A stretch of 64,000 bases of DNA, taken from NCBI GenBank assembly GCA_024704765.1, contig JAKMXF010000329.1, positions 1-64,000 on the forward strand, in the 5' to 3' direction. This DNA is from Oopsacas minuta (taxonomy: Eukaryota > Animalia > Porifera). Positions 14,501 through 28,500 of this stretch are shown piece after piece. The stretch's first letter is position 1, and every line of letters starts with the position of its first letter. A program made the position numbers and the translations under genes. The notes under the pieces were generated by a model. That model did not search any database. It had not been told where the DNA came from and worked only from the letters and a program-made list of their open reading frames with translations.

Positions 14501-15072
14501 AAATCGATACGGATAAAAGAGGTAGACAAAGGTTGACACAAAGGATTCCAGAGCTGTGCAGCACAAATACACGAAAAGAAATATTTTAAAATCCAATTCC
14601 TCCAAAATATTGTGAAAGAATATGCACTTGGGTAAATGTAGAAAAAGGGAGACTCTACAATCATTAAATACGATAGTGTGCAAATCCGTAAAATATTTAA
14701 ATGGTTGGGGACCAGCTGTTCAAACTGTAAGTTTCTCGCCAAAATGAAATCGATCCTCAGATATATTATATAATCGGGATTTCATTGAGGTTACATGGGC
14801 CACCTAAAATTGCATACTCAATGTTTCAGATGCCTGGCTATACATGGCGTATGAAAACACTGAGTTGTGTCGAATAGTAAATTGATGGATCTTGCAGATT
14901 AACTCTTCATTGATAATTACAAGGATGTCAATATGCTGTGGAGCGCTGACACATTTGGCTGAAATATATTAACCGTAACCAGCTACTTTGGACATCTATG
15001 ATCTATATTACTAAAACCGGGGGGTAACCAGCCTGGAAAATCGATGGCGAACAGTCAAGGCAATGATTAGAA

Positions 15073-18000
15073 CAAGTGGCGCATTGAGATAAGTGGGGGA
15101 TATATATAACCGTGACCTATGTGAAAAAAAGGCCTATGCACCAACTTTATGAACTTGGACCATGGATTACTGGAAGGCTATTATTCAAAATTTATAGTGA
15201 GTCAGATATGATATTAATTTGTTTTCAATGATTTAGAAACGATATTGAAAAGTAAAATAAGTATTATTATGGATATACTAAGGTAAGAAAATACAATATA
15301 ATTCTGAGTAGGTAAATTAAGAATGATAATAACGGGAGTAAATAGTACAATGGTGCTTAACAAGGATGTAGTTGCAATTGCACAAACAAATCTACTAACA
15401 GTGTTCCCCAACTTTCTCAAATAAAGTACATTTAAATTTCTTCAATTTCTTTGTATTTTCAGAATGAAGTCTATGTATAGACTTCATGTTCTTTATCAAA
15501 TTAGAGTGGAAGGAGTTGGTGGGTGATGTAATTCAATTTTCTAGGATATCTCAACCAACTGTATCACAAATAGGACAGCTATCCCTCCAGGTTTGACTCT
15601 CCTCTACTTCAATAATTTTTAGCGTAATTTTCACAATATGGTGCATAGATGGTCCCTTGACAATCTCTTTAAAAGTAGAGGGCGATCTTCAAACAATTAC
15701 ACAAGTAAATGGCCATTTCAATAAACCTGAACACCGGATATCATTCTGCATAAACCAAAATGGTGTTCGAATGGATCATTTGGTAGGAAAGATGTGAGAA
15801 AAGTAGTAAATTCACAACCCTGTATTAGATAGTTAATTATAGCAGTTATAGCGATACAAGAATGACGAAAGCATGCAAAGTTTGGGTGGTAAGAACTCCA
15901 GTTTTTTTAGGCAAGTTTCCATTTATCAAGCCATTCAATAACTCTTGACAGATATTTGAGTCTTAGGTCATTCAGGACGAAAGGATGAGACAATTCAGGC
16001 GAATACCCTTATAAGGATTGTTAACATTAAACATTTTCCAGATATCATAAATAAAAGTGATAAATTCAGCTCTGTGCATATGAGAGTCGAAAGGAGTTTC
16101 TGACTAAAAAACTTTGAGGGCAGAGGCAGTAGAATTATCAAAAACCCCTAATGCAAATTTGACATCCAGCCGCTCAAAACTCGAAGGCCAACATGCCTCT
16201 ATTGTTAATCGGGGAGTTAAATTTGATAAAGACCTTGGATCAGCTTTGTACAAAACTCGAACTATTTCGAAAAGAAGCAGAAAGAATTAGAGAAAAATCT
16301 CCAAATGTCGAAAACAAAATGTACAATTGATATCTTTCTCATTTAGCCAGTAGTTCCGAATTGATTTCAGGATATGCACAAAATCGACTAGTAAGATTAA
16401 AATACTATGTAGATCAAGAGTATGGGGGACAATATCTCCTAAATATGGGTTGGTGAAAATATCTTGAAGTGTTTACGTTCATAGGATAGTTATCTGTATA
16501 TATAACTTCAACATACAATCCACAACGCTCGATATCTTCTACCACTTGCTTGATAACAGGAAATATATCCATTGCAGATGTATTTGAAAATGGTAGTAGA
16601 CAAAGGATGGTCGACCACTTTTGAGACAAGCTAGAAACCATAAAAGCAAATATAGTTTTGGCTGGGTCAGAAATATTCTGTGATGACCCAATAATACTCC
16701 CTTCCTAATAAGTGAATTCTGACTTCACATGGATTTCGTCCATTTGGAGAATCACATTTCGTTCTCTTTGGTTGAAATCAGAGGTAACCTTTTCCAAAAA
16801 AGTAATATATTCACTATCCAAACCAAATTTTGTATATAAACAGTTGAAGCGTTGTGTAATGTGGTAGAGAAAGTGAGTCAAGAGATTGCAAATAATATTA
16901 GCATGCCCGGAGAAATAAGTTGGCACTTGAGTGCTATTACAATACTCTCAATGTTGTAGTTGCGATGAGTTTTCGGACGAAACAAATTATCCAACTGACA
17001 CCGAATAAATTGTAGGAAAGATAGCAATTGATCATCCTTTTGACAATTATCTAGTATTGTCTGTGAATTCGACAACTTATCAACTGTTAGACGCAATTGT
17101 TCGGTCACTTGAACTATCTGCTGGTTAAAAGTAGGGGTTGACAAATCCTGTCTACAGTTTTCGATACCGATAGATGATATCTCTTCTGCAAGTTGTCAAT
17201 ATCTCGAATATCAGTAATCTGCTTCATGTTCGGGTAGATTTCTTTGTTGTTATAGAAGCCCTTTGTAGATAAAGAATCATTGATCGAGTGAGAACGCTCA
17301 TTATAATGAGCACCAGGGTCATCCGTTGAATGAAATGGAGTTGTTTCTCATCAGTAGGCCAAAGTATCCACTGCTTTGGAAGAGAAATACGGACAAGCTT
17401 AGATATTAAATCTTCAAATCGAAGTACTTGAATTTTCTGTTCATCAATTTCATTCTGCTCCATACTCAGTTCGATCCCAAGGGGCCAGGTAAACACGATC
17501 TTTAGTAGTGTTTAAGTCTAACCGAATTGGCGGAGTACGTGTACATTGGATTGGGTTGGATAGATAACTTGGACAAACCAGGCAAAAACAGGGAACTGCG
17601 AGTGGGCAGAGTCTAGGGAGACTGCGTTATGCTTGCAAGATGGACCCGTCTGATTGAGGGATAGTAAAGAAAAACCCAACATCTTCATCACGGAAAAGTT
17701 TTAGGCATACGTGAATCTCCTTAATTTCCTCAATAAAGTCTCTGTGAAGAAATTGTTTCCATTGAGAAACTATATGAGGTGGAACATTAGAAATCTTGAA
17801 AACGGGTGTGTGCGTGTGTGTGTGTGGTTCACTGTCATAATTACTCCTACAACCAGGAGCACAACATTTATTTGGAATTAGGACAGAAAAGTGTGGTAGA
17901 AGTCTAAATTGAACAAAAGAAACAATTTAAGTCAGTGGCAGTCTCAAGAAGGGCAAACGGACATTCCCCTCGGATTTGAAAATCTTGGCCTCGTTGGGCA

Positions 18001-18299
18001 AAATTCTGGGACCGTCCCTGAATTAAGTGTGGGAAATAGATAAGACAAATATGAATTAGACAAATGGGAAGAGTGATAAGGTGAGAAAATATACAGTATT
18101 GAGGAAATATACTGAAAGAGTATCTATAAAATGATCTAAATCGTGATAAGATTCATTAGAAATATTATCGAAATACTATATAAAAATAATGGATCATTAA
18201 TATAATAGCCTTCCTTTAATCCATCATCCAAGTTCACAAAGTTGGTGCATAGGCGGAAAGTAGGTCACAATATAACCTAGACCAAGCGTGCGCCACTTG
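15073..18299 (-). mobile_element. P-element (THAP9-like) transposon, decayed, with long imperfect TIRs
   Basis: The ends share CAAGTGGCGCA, GTGACCTA and GCCTATGCACCAACTTT(A/G)TGAACTTGGA..ATGGATTA..GGAAGGCTATTAT in inverted orientation. A THAP-like segment SQWKQFLHRDFIEEIKEIHVCLKLFRDED lies at about 17690-17800. Core motifs are VILQMDEIHVKS (16705-16926) and CGLYVEVIYTDNYPMN (16414-16641). No clean TSD. Confidence 0.8.
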
Positions 18300-20591
18300 A
18301 GCCACAATGACTACACCAATGATAAAACTTAATTATTTATAAGTATATAAATTAGATAAATTAGATTCCAGAAGATGAAATACATAAACAAATTATGATT
18401 CTCAACTAATTAATACTGAATTATTAAATTAATTCGAGAAATGATAATTCGCTTGTACATTTCAAAAAATTCCATAGCGATTGGCAGTCAAAAATTCTGA
18501 AATATGTTCCACATATATGTATGGAGAAATATCATTCCATATTTGGAATCTGCTCGATCCGTCCAGACCCGCAGTGGAAATTTCAAAAGTAACAGACGAA
18601 TGGAACATGTAGGAGCTGTTTACTCTGAAGTTACTCCAACAGCGCTCGTATTGATAGCCAGGTTAAGAATTTTAATATCATTCTATTAGAAATAATAATC
18701 TCGAGAATCCTATATATATATATGTATTAAAATCCTTGACACATAGGAAATTTGGAGAAAATCATGTACTGTTCAAGATAAATCGTGGACAATGGAACTG
18801 TACAGGCCTGCCAAAACTGAAATGTTTCTAAAATAAGTACACAAACTAAATAATACAGTATTCGTTTACCCAATCACTGTTCAGGAAAAATTGCCAGTTC
18901 AATGCCCTTAGACTATTAGAATGTTATGGCCATAAATTGTAATCGTGCAATAAGTGGCAACAGATTTTCACAAAATATTACCTCACGTAACCATTTAGTA
19001 CCATCCAAAGGAACATCAAGTTGGATATAAGAAATGACGTCTATTACTAGCTGATCAAATATACTATTAAAGTTTGCCTTTTCAACAATTTCACACCTAG
19101 TGTGGGGAAAAATCCAAGGCCGCAGGAAATTGCAAAGAGTAGTACAAGATAGTAACATTATGATAGCTAAATATAAATATACATATATAAGCCCCTTGTT
19201 AATGAGAAACTTGTTTCAGGTGCAAATGATGACCTTGTAAGCATGCGGACAGAAGGCATTCATTTATTATAATGAGACTGTTTTGTGTAATATAAGAGGT
19301 AAATTTGGTTAATTCATAAAATATCAAAATAGCTAGTCAACATGAGATGCGATAGAAGCAGAAAAGAGCAATCGTATTTGTCATAATACCTACGTTATAC
19401 ATGGTGTAGCTGAGTTACATTGAGTTAATGGTAAAAAATGAGTGAGGCGTGGCGTGAGAGTTGGCTTTTCTTCAAGGGCAGTTCTGAAACAAATTTGAAA
19501 CTAATAGTGGCCTAAAGAAAAATATTTATACAGCTCATTAACAAAACCTTCTGGCAATTGCAGGGCACCGCAATGGGGGCAGCTAAGAGATAAACTCCGG
19601 GGGCTAACCAAATGCTAGTCAAACCAGCATTGTAGTATAAACCTGCATACCGAAATGTTAAAAATTACTAGTTTATGGTCAGATAGACAGAAAAAGAGCA
19701 TAAAATAGAAATGAAATGACAAATCTTGTTACAGGTAAGAATAACCGAGAATAAGTGCAGACAGTTGAAATTGAATGACAAACTTGAATTCAAGTCAGCA
19801 TCACATTGAATTAGTGCTGAAAGTTGAAAAAGAATGATTAAAGCCCCCTAAGTTATATTATTAATTTGAAATCGTTCTCTGTCTATGTGTTTGTTTAACC
19901 GTGGTCAAGGAAAGGAATTATGGAATGTTGGATCAAATTCAAATTTCTCAATTCTGAGAGATACGCATAACTATACACTCAGTGGCGGATCCAGAGGGGG
20001 ATAGGGGGATATATGCCCCAGACTTTTGGCCTCCTAGTCTTTCGAATTCATTCTGATTATTATTTTTATTTTTCATACAATATTTCAATCATGTCTTTGA
20101 TTTATAGCGTTTTTACAATTATTTGTTGCAACTCAGCTTCTCTCGGTTGTGAAATTAGTATAATGTACATATATATATAGCGCTAGGTTAGGTAATTGTC
20201 TTCACCTTTACCTTTGCTTGTATCACTCTGGACAGGTTTGACCACTTTTCAATTCTCCCTGACCATTTTTAATTTGCTTGCGTGGGCCTGATAGCTATTT
20301 GTACTTTGACTTTTTCCTCATTTTTGTAAATCTAGATATACGAAATTTTGAAAACAGGCTCAGATCATCAATGTTGGACGAACGACTAAACGGATTAGCT
20401 TTGATGTATTCATAAGGATATAGAAATTGATATATCTAACGTAATCAATCGATTTGCACTTGCAAAAAAACGCAAAATAGATTTTGTAATATAGTATCGT
20501 ATTTAGATTTTAGATTTTTATATTCCATACTGAATGAATAATTCAACAGATATTCTATACACGTGCATACGCTATTAGATGATATAGATTG

Positions 20592-21222
20592 CAGGGGCGG
20601 ATCCAGGATTCTCTTAGGGGGGTCCATTCGCGAGCGTAGCGAGCGTTTCTGACGGGGGATCTGGGGGCTTGCCCTCCAGAAAAAATTGAATATTTAGACA
20701 CTGAAATAGCGATCTAAAGACATTCATTCCTACAGCAAATAGAGAAATAATTTCAAATTTATTTGTCTTTTATTCATTATTTTTGAGACAGAAAATTCAA
20801 TACCATACTGAAGCTGAAGTTTGGGTTCCATTTTGATTCTCGATATGTTGGAGGTACAAAGATAATCATACAAAATACTTTTATAACTATTGTGGTACAG
20901 TAGACCCTCGCTAATCCGAACACTACTGTTCCGATTGCAGAATTATTCGTTAGGATTAGTGAAATGCATTGAAACGATAGAATAGAATCTGGGGCTCATT
21001 CTTTCGAAAGTGGTACAAACGATAGAATAGCGTCCAACATGGGTAGTATATAATATTGATCTGTAGTAAGGTTGGATATAAATCGTCCATATTTTTGAGT
21101 TTCAAACAATTTCCAAATATTGTAAAGCACTAGGCGTTGTTCGGATTAGTGAGGGTCTACTGTATATATAATCATGCGCACCGATGGGAGGGTCCTAGGA
21201 CCCCCCAATGGATCCGCCCCTG
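20592..21222. mobile_element. hAT-like MITE (CAGGGGCGGATCCA ends), copy 1 of 2
   Basis: TIR CAGGGGCGGATCCA...TGGATCCGCCCCTG, with flanks GATTG/GATTA. Near-identical to 42989-43627. Confidence 0.88.
20898..21162. mobile_element. pogo/Tigger-like MITE nested in the previous element
   Basis: TA-flanked TIR CAGTAGACCCTCGCTAATCCGAAC...GTTCGGATTAGTGAGGGTCTACTG, 265 bp. Confidence 0.88.
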
Positions 21223-21549
21223 GATTAAATGTAGTAATCTAAACCGGATACAAGTGGAATATAGGAAAGACCTTCAATCAGTGAGAATAGAATAAAATAC
21301 ACATGAAATTGCAGTTAGTTGGGCTGCCAGGGGCTTCGCCCCCCAGACCCTCAGCCTGGTTGATATCCCCCCCACCAGAGATTCCTGGATCCGCCACTGT
21401 ATACATTTATAATTTATGGTCTTTACAAGAAATTAATCAGAATTCTTAATTATCTATCAAGTATACTGAATCTAATTTTTATACGTTTGAATTAATCAAA
21501 TGTAAATTCACGTTGTGTTCAATATAAAGTAAACTAATAGATATCCAAA

Positions 21550-22160
21550 ATATACGTAGGCTTGGCCTAAACGGCTACCCAGGAGTAACTATTACGCTGA
21601 ATCCGAATTAAGCATTTTGACGTTTCTTATATGTAAATTTATTATTGTTTTTATGAATATAAGGTAAACAAATTCATAAATTGTGGTAGAAACATGCTTT
21701 CAAAGATTATACTGGGTATTCGAGTATGCTGAGTCCGAATATGGTAATTGTAAACAACATTATGTGAATATTTCTTTACTTTTCGGTATATAAAGTAAAC
21801 TAATTTCAAAATTGAGGTAGAATCATACTCTCAACTGCTATACTGGGGTAGTGGAGTATGCTGAATCCAAATATGGCATTGTTTGTTTATTTATTCATTG
21901 ATATGTAAAATTATTGTTGTTTTTATGATAATATAGCAAACAAATTCTCCAAATCTCAAAATACACGCACAGGCTTGCACTAAACGGCTACTCAGGGAAA
22001 ACTAAGAAAGCTGAATACGAATTGGCATTTCAATTTTCTCATATGTAAACTTGTTGTTGGTTTTATGAATAAACAGTAAGCAAATATTAATATTGAAGTA
22101 GAATCATACTTTCAACGACTAAACTAGTAGACTGGAGTATTCTGAGTCTGAATATTGTAA
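21550..22160 (+). repeat. Degenerate tandem array, about 135-bp period
   Basis: GCTGARTCCGAAT-like motif recurs at about 21597, 21728, 21861, 22010 and 22141, together with ATATGTAAA, TTTTATGAATA and GTAGAATCATACT blocks. Confidence 0.7.
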
Positions 22161-25100
22161 ACAAAATCAATATTATTACATATCAATTGTTGTTTGTCCG
22201 TTGAATACCTCGACGCGCATTACGCCGAGTTCATCGCGAAGCGCTGAGCCAAAGGCTCGTATAAAATTAAACCGAATCAGATAGAAATATGAATTTGCTT
22301 GGTGGGAATAAAAGTCATGTATTCAAATATGTAGAAACTATAATTGACAAAATTGAAGAGGAAATATCTGATCTAGAAGCATCTTTTGAATGATAATATT
22401 GAAGAGTTTGTACTAGACTTAGGAACTCTAATTGTTAAACAATTTTGGCTCTGTTAAACGGTCTTCAGTTAAGCCCACCATACATCATGCAGCGGTCTGA
22501 CTGAAAGGGGGAAATGGTGGAAAGTGGTGCAAATTACATATTGTATAACATACAACTTATATAGCTCACCTATACTATAACACAGTTTATATGTATTAGC
22601 TTATCTATGTTCGGGGAAAGTCATATTTAGATCTGATGAAAGTCACCTTTTGGAATAGGGGTATGAGGTTTTTGTATTCAAAAAAACTGTACTATAGTAT
22701 AACTCAGCTATATAAGCAAATTTGATTTAAAATATTAGAACCTGATGAAATGTGATAAGAGGGTATCATAACTAGTACAAATGAATAACAATATCAAAAT
22801 TTTCACGTTGATCATAATTATCTGATAAGGCATTTGGCCCTCCACTACAAGGTAATTTGATTTTCTTCCCATTGTCTCTCTTCACTAGCATCGAGATTGA
22901 AAGAAAACTAATTCTAGTAGTATTTGATAAACAGTAGGGGCTGTTATAAACATCAATAATAACTTGTTTCTAGGCGCATTTAGTGCCCTTACTGTATTAG
23001 AATATTTTCTCATCAATTCAATGACGAAGATGAGAGCCAATAGGGGGATTGCCAATTTACGTTGTTGGGGAGGTGCAAATGAACTAAAATCCGAATGATC
23101 ATTACCAGATAATTATCTTCAAAGTGAAACATTGTATATTGTTATTCATTTGAGATTTTTGGTACCTCTTTATCAAATTCTATTAGATTCAACAATTATT
23201 AATATAAGTATTCTCCACTATTTTCAACTTCTTCTACCATGCAGTCAGACTCTCATGCTACAACGTACATGCGTAAATTGGATTACTTATGAAGTAGTTT
23301 GCATCATGCATGGGGGTATGAAAGTAAGGACACAAAATTTGTTGCATGAAGTAGGTATATGATGTAATTTTGTTGCATGAAAATAGAATTTTTAGTGAGT
23401 TCCTAAAGAGAGATGTCCTAATGGCATGTACATTGTACAAAGACATTTTGTCCGTACGGCTGTGCGAAAACTAGCCGTCTGTTACTTGAAATTGGTATAC
23501 ATATGCATTTGGTTCGGAGATATGCACCTCGCTTACTATTTTTCCTAAAGTGAATATTTCACAACATTCTATGTAAAATTAAACAGCATACTAGAGATTA
23601 ATTAGGTTCTCATATGCTGTCAAGGGTAATAGGGTACGTAGAGTTCAATTTATAAATTTTTCGGTCTGAAAATTACAAATTCACAGTTCTATCACATGCA
23701 TAATCATATTCTAACACATTTTTTGGATATTTTCGAAATGTTGCTAGAGATTTCATTTTAAATGATAGTCGAGTATGTATGAATTATTTCAATTTCACAT
23801 TTCTCTTATGATTAACCATATTTTACACCTTATGATAATATTTCAAAAGATGTTATAGCTGGGCAGCAACCTATTGTGAACATCCGGATAAAAGCACCAA
23901 ACTATTACTATATGTCATCCATGAACATAGATAGTGATTTTTTCGGATATATTGTCGATCATTTCTGGCTCTTTTAGATAGCTTGTAGCAGCTATTTCGG
24001 TGATACATCCGGAAGCGATAACCTCTTGAAATCTTATCGAATCGACTTATAAACACCAGATTCTCAGTTAGCACCAAATTTCTAGCATTTTGAAGAGTCA
24101 CTTACCATATTAGGACATATTTTCCCTCAGCAATGCAGTGATGTCTCAGGGGTGTAACAAAATTCCATTCTCAAAAATTTCCTAACCTCATCGGGTGCCC
24201 CCTCGTTCGACACGGCTCGGAGAGCTAAGTCTGGTTATACACTTATCGACCCTTAAATTATCTTTATACACGATTATACAAGATCGACCCTCACGGTCTT
24301 ATATTTTCTTAGTTTTTGTGTATTTCTCAACATAATGTCATCCTATGTTTTGTAAAAAGGTTTCACTATAATTGCAAAATATATAGTTATGATAATATTA
24401 ACCAATCATCGCAGATTCCATCGCGATATCCTAGATCAGCTAAAGGGAATTTAGTAATTAAATATGCTAACTGATTTGAAATTAGCAAGAAATGTATGGA
24501 AATTTCACTTTATTGATTTGATAGCCTTCTGTACCAATGGCTAAATCTGGAAAATATATAGCTTTATTCATGAAGTCGCGCTTTGGTTGCTCGCGATCCA
24601 CAACTTGCAAATCCTTCGTGTTCGCATGGGCCTCGTCCGCTTGGCACCTCGTCCCTAAATTGAGCAAAGTATAGTAGCAACCTATCCACAATTCATTGCG
24701 ATAAATTCATATTTGGAATCAGAGTACCCGATTACCCCGTTTTACTTTGTTGAATCCAAGTTTCTGAGACTATAAAGAAATTTGTTTATATTATACACCG
24801 AAACAACAACAAATTTACACAACTGGTGGTTGATAATATATTATTTGGGATCAGCTTACCCCGATTACCCCATAAGAACTGTCATAACGAATTATCAAGC
24901 ATCATTTTGAATTTTATACGAAAGGGTGGGAAAATATGAACAATCATATGACCCCAAATTTTCATCACATGTCTGTTTACAATATCATATTCGCAATCAG
25001 CATACTCGATTACTCAAATTGAATTGTTTTCCTTTTCTTTATGGCCAACAGATGTCTATTTGTTATTTATATTTATCTCGATATACGCAGATCCGAAGTG

Positions 25101-25519
25101 GACAAACAAACACCCCCGCACTGATTCCCCCACAATTAGTTAGTTTTGATAATATCGATTACAGTCATACCTCTTTTTCAAACTGATTTACGGTACTACA
25201 CTTTGGCCTATGGGTGATGTATTGGGGAGATTACCACAACGTAAAGTCCAGTAATTTATTCACTCAAGGGGCTCCATATTCCCAGTGAATAATGTTCGAA
25301 GGAACATTATTCACTTGGCAACATGTTTGGGGAATCATATTCCCTAATGAATATTGTATCCAAACATTACCAACTGTGTCTTGCAAAAACTGATCTGTTG
25401 ATAAGCTTATATACCTATTTTATTGACATTGTGTTGTTCTAAACTCAATTTTACACAATATTATTTGTAAAATTATACATTTGATATGACTGGATTTTTT
25501 GATAAAATTTTATTTCTCG

Positions 25520-28500
25520 TTATGGAATCAAATATTGAAATAAATTCAGAGGTTGGTAAAGAAACTATGTACAATCAATCCTCGCAAGATTCTTTAGATA
25601 CGAGGTTGAAATAATTGGAAATGACCAGTTCTGGTGGACAAATTGAATATACCAAGATACCACATTTCTCCAAAGCCATAAAACGAAAGAAGTTTCATCA
25701 AGAATTGATTCGAGTACAATGAATGAAATATCGAAACCTAGCAAACGAATAAAACTGTCCCCACTCAAACATTCGCTGCTCAGAAGTTGAAATTCATAGT
25801 TGAGAGCTATACTCCTCCTAAATCAATGCTGCCTACAATCTTGGAAAAGATAAAATGAGTAATGTGGGAGTTCGTCCTAGCTATGGTAAGTAGGTTGTTG
25901 ATCTTCAAATGATGGAAGCAGCACTGGAAGAAGTTGCTTCTTGTATAAACTGTAACAATAAATTGGAATTGTTTGAAATACCCAGTACCGGAACGTATGC
26001 ATCCAAGTTGATGTTCAGATGTGCCTTATGCAATAGAGGAAAATCCTTCTGGAATGTGGGCAACTATGCAATATATGGAATCTAGTGCGGTCGGTACTTC
26101 CTGTCCTAGGGAAAATAAGTTGCACGATCTCGACTATCTTTCCATGCTAGCTGGTTGTCTTATTGGAATTGGTAACGAGAAATCGAGAGTTTATCATGCA
26201 ACTTTGGGAATTCCCCCTCCTCCGAATTCATATCAATACCGAAGATTCAGGATAGCATATTTAGTGCATCTGATAAGGCAGCAAACTTAAGTATGACTAA
26301 GGCGAAGAAATCTTGAGAGACTGATTGCTACAAGTGATACAACTAATTCTGTTAATTTTCCTGTCTCCTATGATGGTGCTTATTATACACCAAAGTCGGC
26401 CATCGGTAGTAAATATTATTTCGCTTCTGCAATATCTACTGTCGTTGTGTATAAAATACAGGGTGTTCAATAAGTTCGTGGAAATTAGTATATAGACGTT
26501 TTGTATAGCAATGGCTAGAGTTTAATTTTCAACATAATCCCCTTGTAATAGAATACATTTAAGCCACTTATCTTTCAGCTTTTCTATACCATGATGAAAA
26601 ACATTTGTCTTTGGTGTCTAACCAGTCTTCAAAACCCGATTCTAATGCATCGTCATCGTCAAAATCTTTCCGCGAAGTGCTTTCTTGGCAATTGGAAATA
26701 GATAATAATCGCTGGGAGCTAAATCAGGACTGTATGGTGGGTGTTGAGCCTGTTTAAAGTCACAATCTTTCATTGCCTCCTGTGCAATGTGACTTTTATG
26801 GGATGGAACATTAGCATGTAAAATGAGTGGGATTCTTTTTAACATTCCTCGCCTATTCTTCTTTGTAGATTCGCGTAATTTCGCCATTAGATTGGCATAA
26901 TATGCTACAGTCACTGTCGTATTTTTGGGAAGATAATCTAATAGTAATGGTCCCTTAGAATCCCAGAATATTGATAGCATCAGCTTTGACTTAGACTTTG
27001 GACAGTGACCAAGTCGGGGTACTTTGGGCTTTGGAGAATCTTCATGCTTCCATTCCGCAGCCTCGCTAACAGTGCAAGGGTCATGGTAGTATATCCAGGT
27101 TTCATCTCCAGTAATCAGTCTTGCATGAAAATCGTCTGGGTCAGACATATATAAATCAATCATGCTTTTGCTAGTTTCCAGTCTAGCCATTATTTGATCT
27201 TCAGATAAGGTTTTTGGTATTCACTTTGCTTTGTATTTCTTGAGCCCAAGATGGTCATGAATGATCGAATGAATAGTTCCAATTGATAAATCTACCCTAT
27301 TAGCTTTATTTCTGATCGATATACAGTGATCGTTCTCTATCATACCACTAATAGATTGCATTGTTTCTGGATGGAGAGAAAATGTGTGTCTTCCTGAGCG
27401 AGGGTCATTTGTAATACTTTCTTTTCCGCGTTTGATTTCTGCATGCCATTTTGCAACCATAGATTGACTAGGGGCATTGTCTTTGAGGACATCTTTCATC
27501 TCTCTGAACGTTTCAGTAGCGCTTAGTCCTTTTATACAGAGAAGTTTAATGACTGCTCGATGCTCTAAGTTCTCAAAATTCTTTATTTTCCAAACAACTG
27601 ACGGAAAGATCTGATTATTGCTCTGAATATAGCTGCTTGCATCACAAAGTTTAAGTAAATCATTAAATATATGATTGATAAATGGAAAGCTAAATATAGC
27701 ATTTAGTACTCCTTACTCTAAATATAATTTTCCACGAACTTATTAAATACCCTGTAACTTGCAGCAGATGTACACAAGGTACTTCTTATAAACTTAAGGT
27801 CTCCACAAATTCTTTGTATAGGGGAGACCAGTAGAAACGGAATAAGCACATGAAAAACTGTCCAGCCGATTACCCTAACACTACTTTGATCCATCTGAAA
27901 TTAAAATTAGCTTCTGATAAGGTAAAAGAGTAGCGTCACATAGATATGATCATTCCTGATATAATTTGTAATGGGGGCAACAATGCAGTTGCGGACCTGA
28001 ATGTGGTATATGTATATCCATCTATGGGTATTCATATTTCAGCTTAGAAAGAGCTAATGTGTTTGCATGTTATGAGCCACTTTATGAAAACTCTAATGAA
28101 GATTCTTGTGTAATAGAGAGGATGAATCTGTTGAATACAAAATAATTGATCGTAAATGCTGTGGAAACATTGCCAGTGAATTTTATAAACCACTGAAAAG
28201 GAATCCAGGAAATGCTATAAACGTAGCAAATGGTGTACCGGCTATCCCACTTCATTTTGCTATAAGTGAAACCAATAATAACCACAAATTCTGCACCAAT
28301 GGTAGAGATAGCTGGCGTAGATTCCAAGCTGATAAATTTGATGATCATACTCCACCATTTGACACAGGTTTTCTATCTGATACATTAGTTGGTCAGGTAA
28401 ATTACATTTTTGATTAGTTTAAATACAATGACGTCAGTTTTATTAAAACCATTAGTGCTGGAAAAATTAATAACAACAATGAATCATTGCACCACATATT

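Larger units (their letters stand above)
19980..21399. mobile_element. Non-autonomous hAT MITE (outer), containing two nested MITEs
   Basis: TIR CAGTGGCGGATCCAG...CTGGATCCGCCACTG with 8-bp TSD TATACACT/TATACATT. Confidence 0.88.

Noticed and set aside
13786-14742. Minus-strand ORFs as a 7TM receptor gene
   Set aside because: There are two overlapping frames with an in-frame stop just upstream, no recognisable motifs and no convincing splice structure.
15214-15420. Hydrophobic ORF as a membrane-protein exon
   Set aside because: It lies inside the P-element ends in AT-rich sequence, where Ile/Leu/Phe-rich ORFs arise by chance.
18916-19172. ORF preceded by an acceptor-like TTTAG as a host exon
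   Set aside because: No partner exons or family motif could be found, so support is too weak to annotate.
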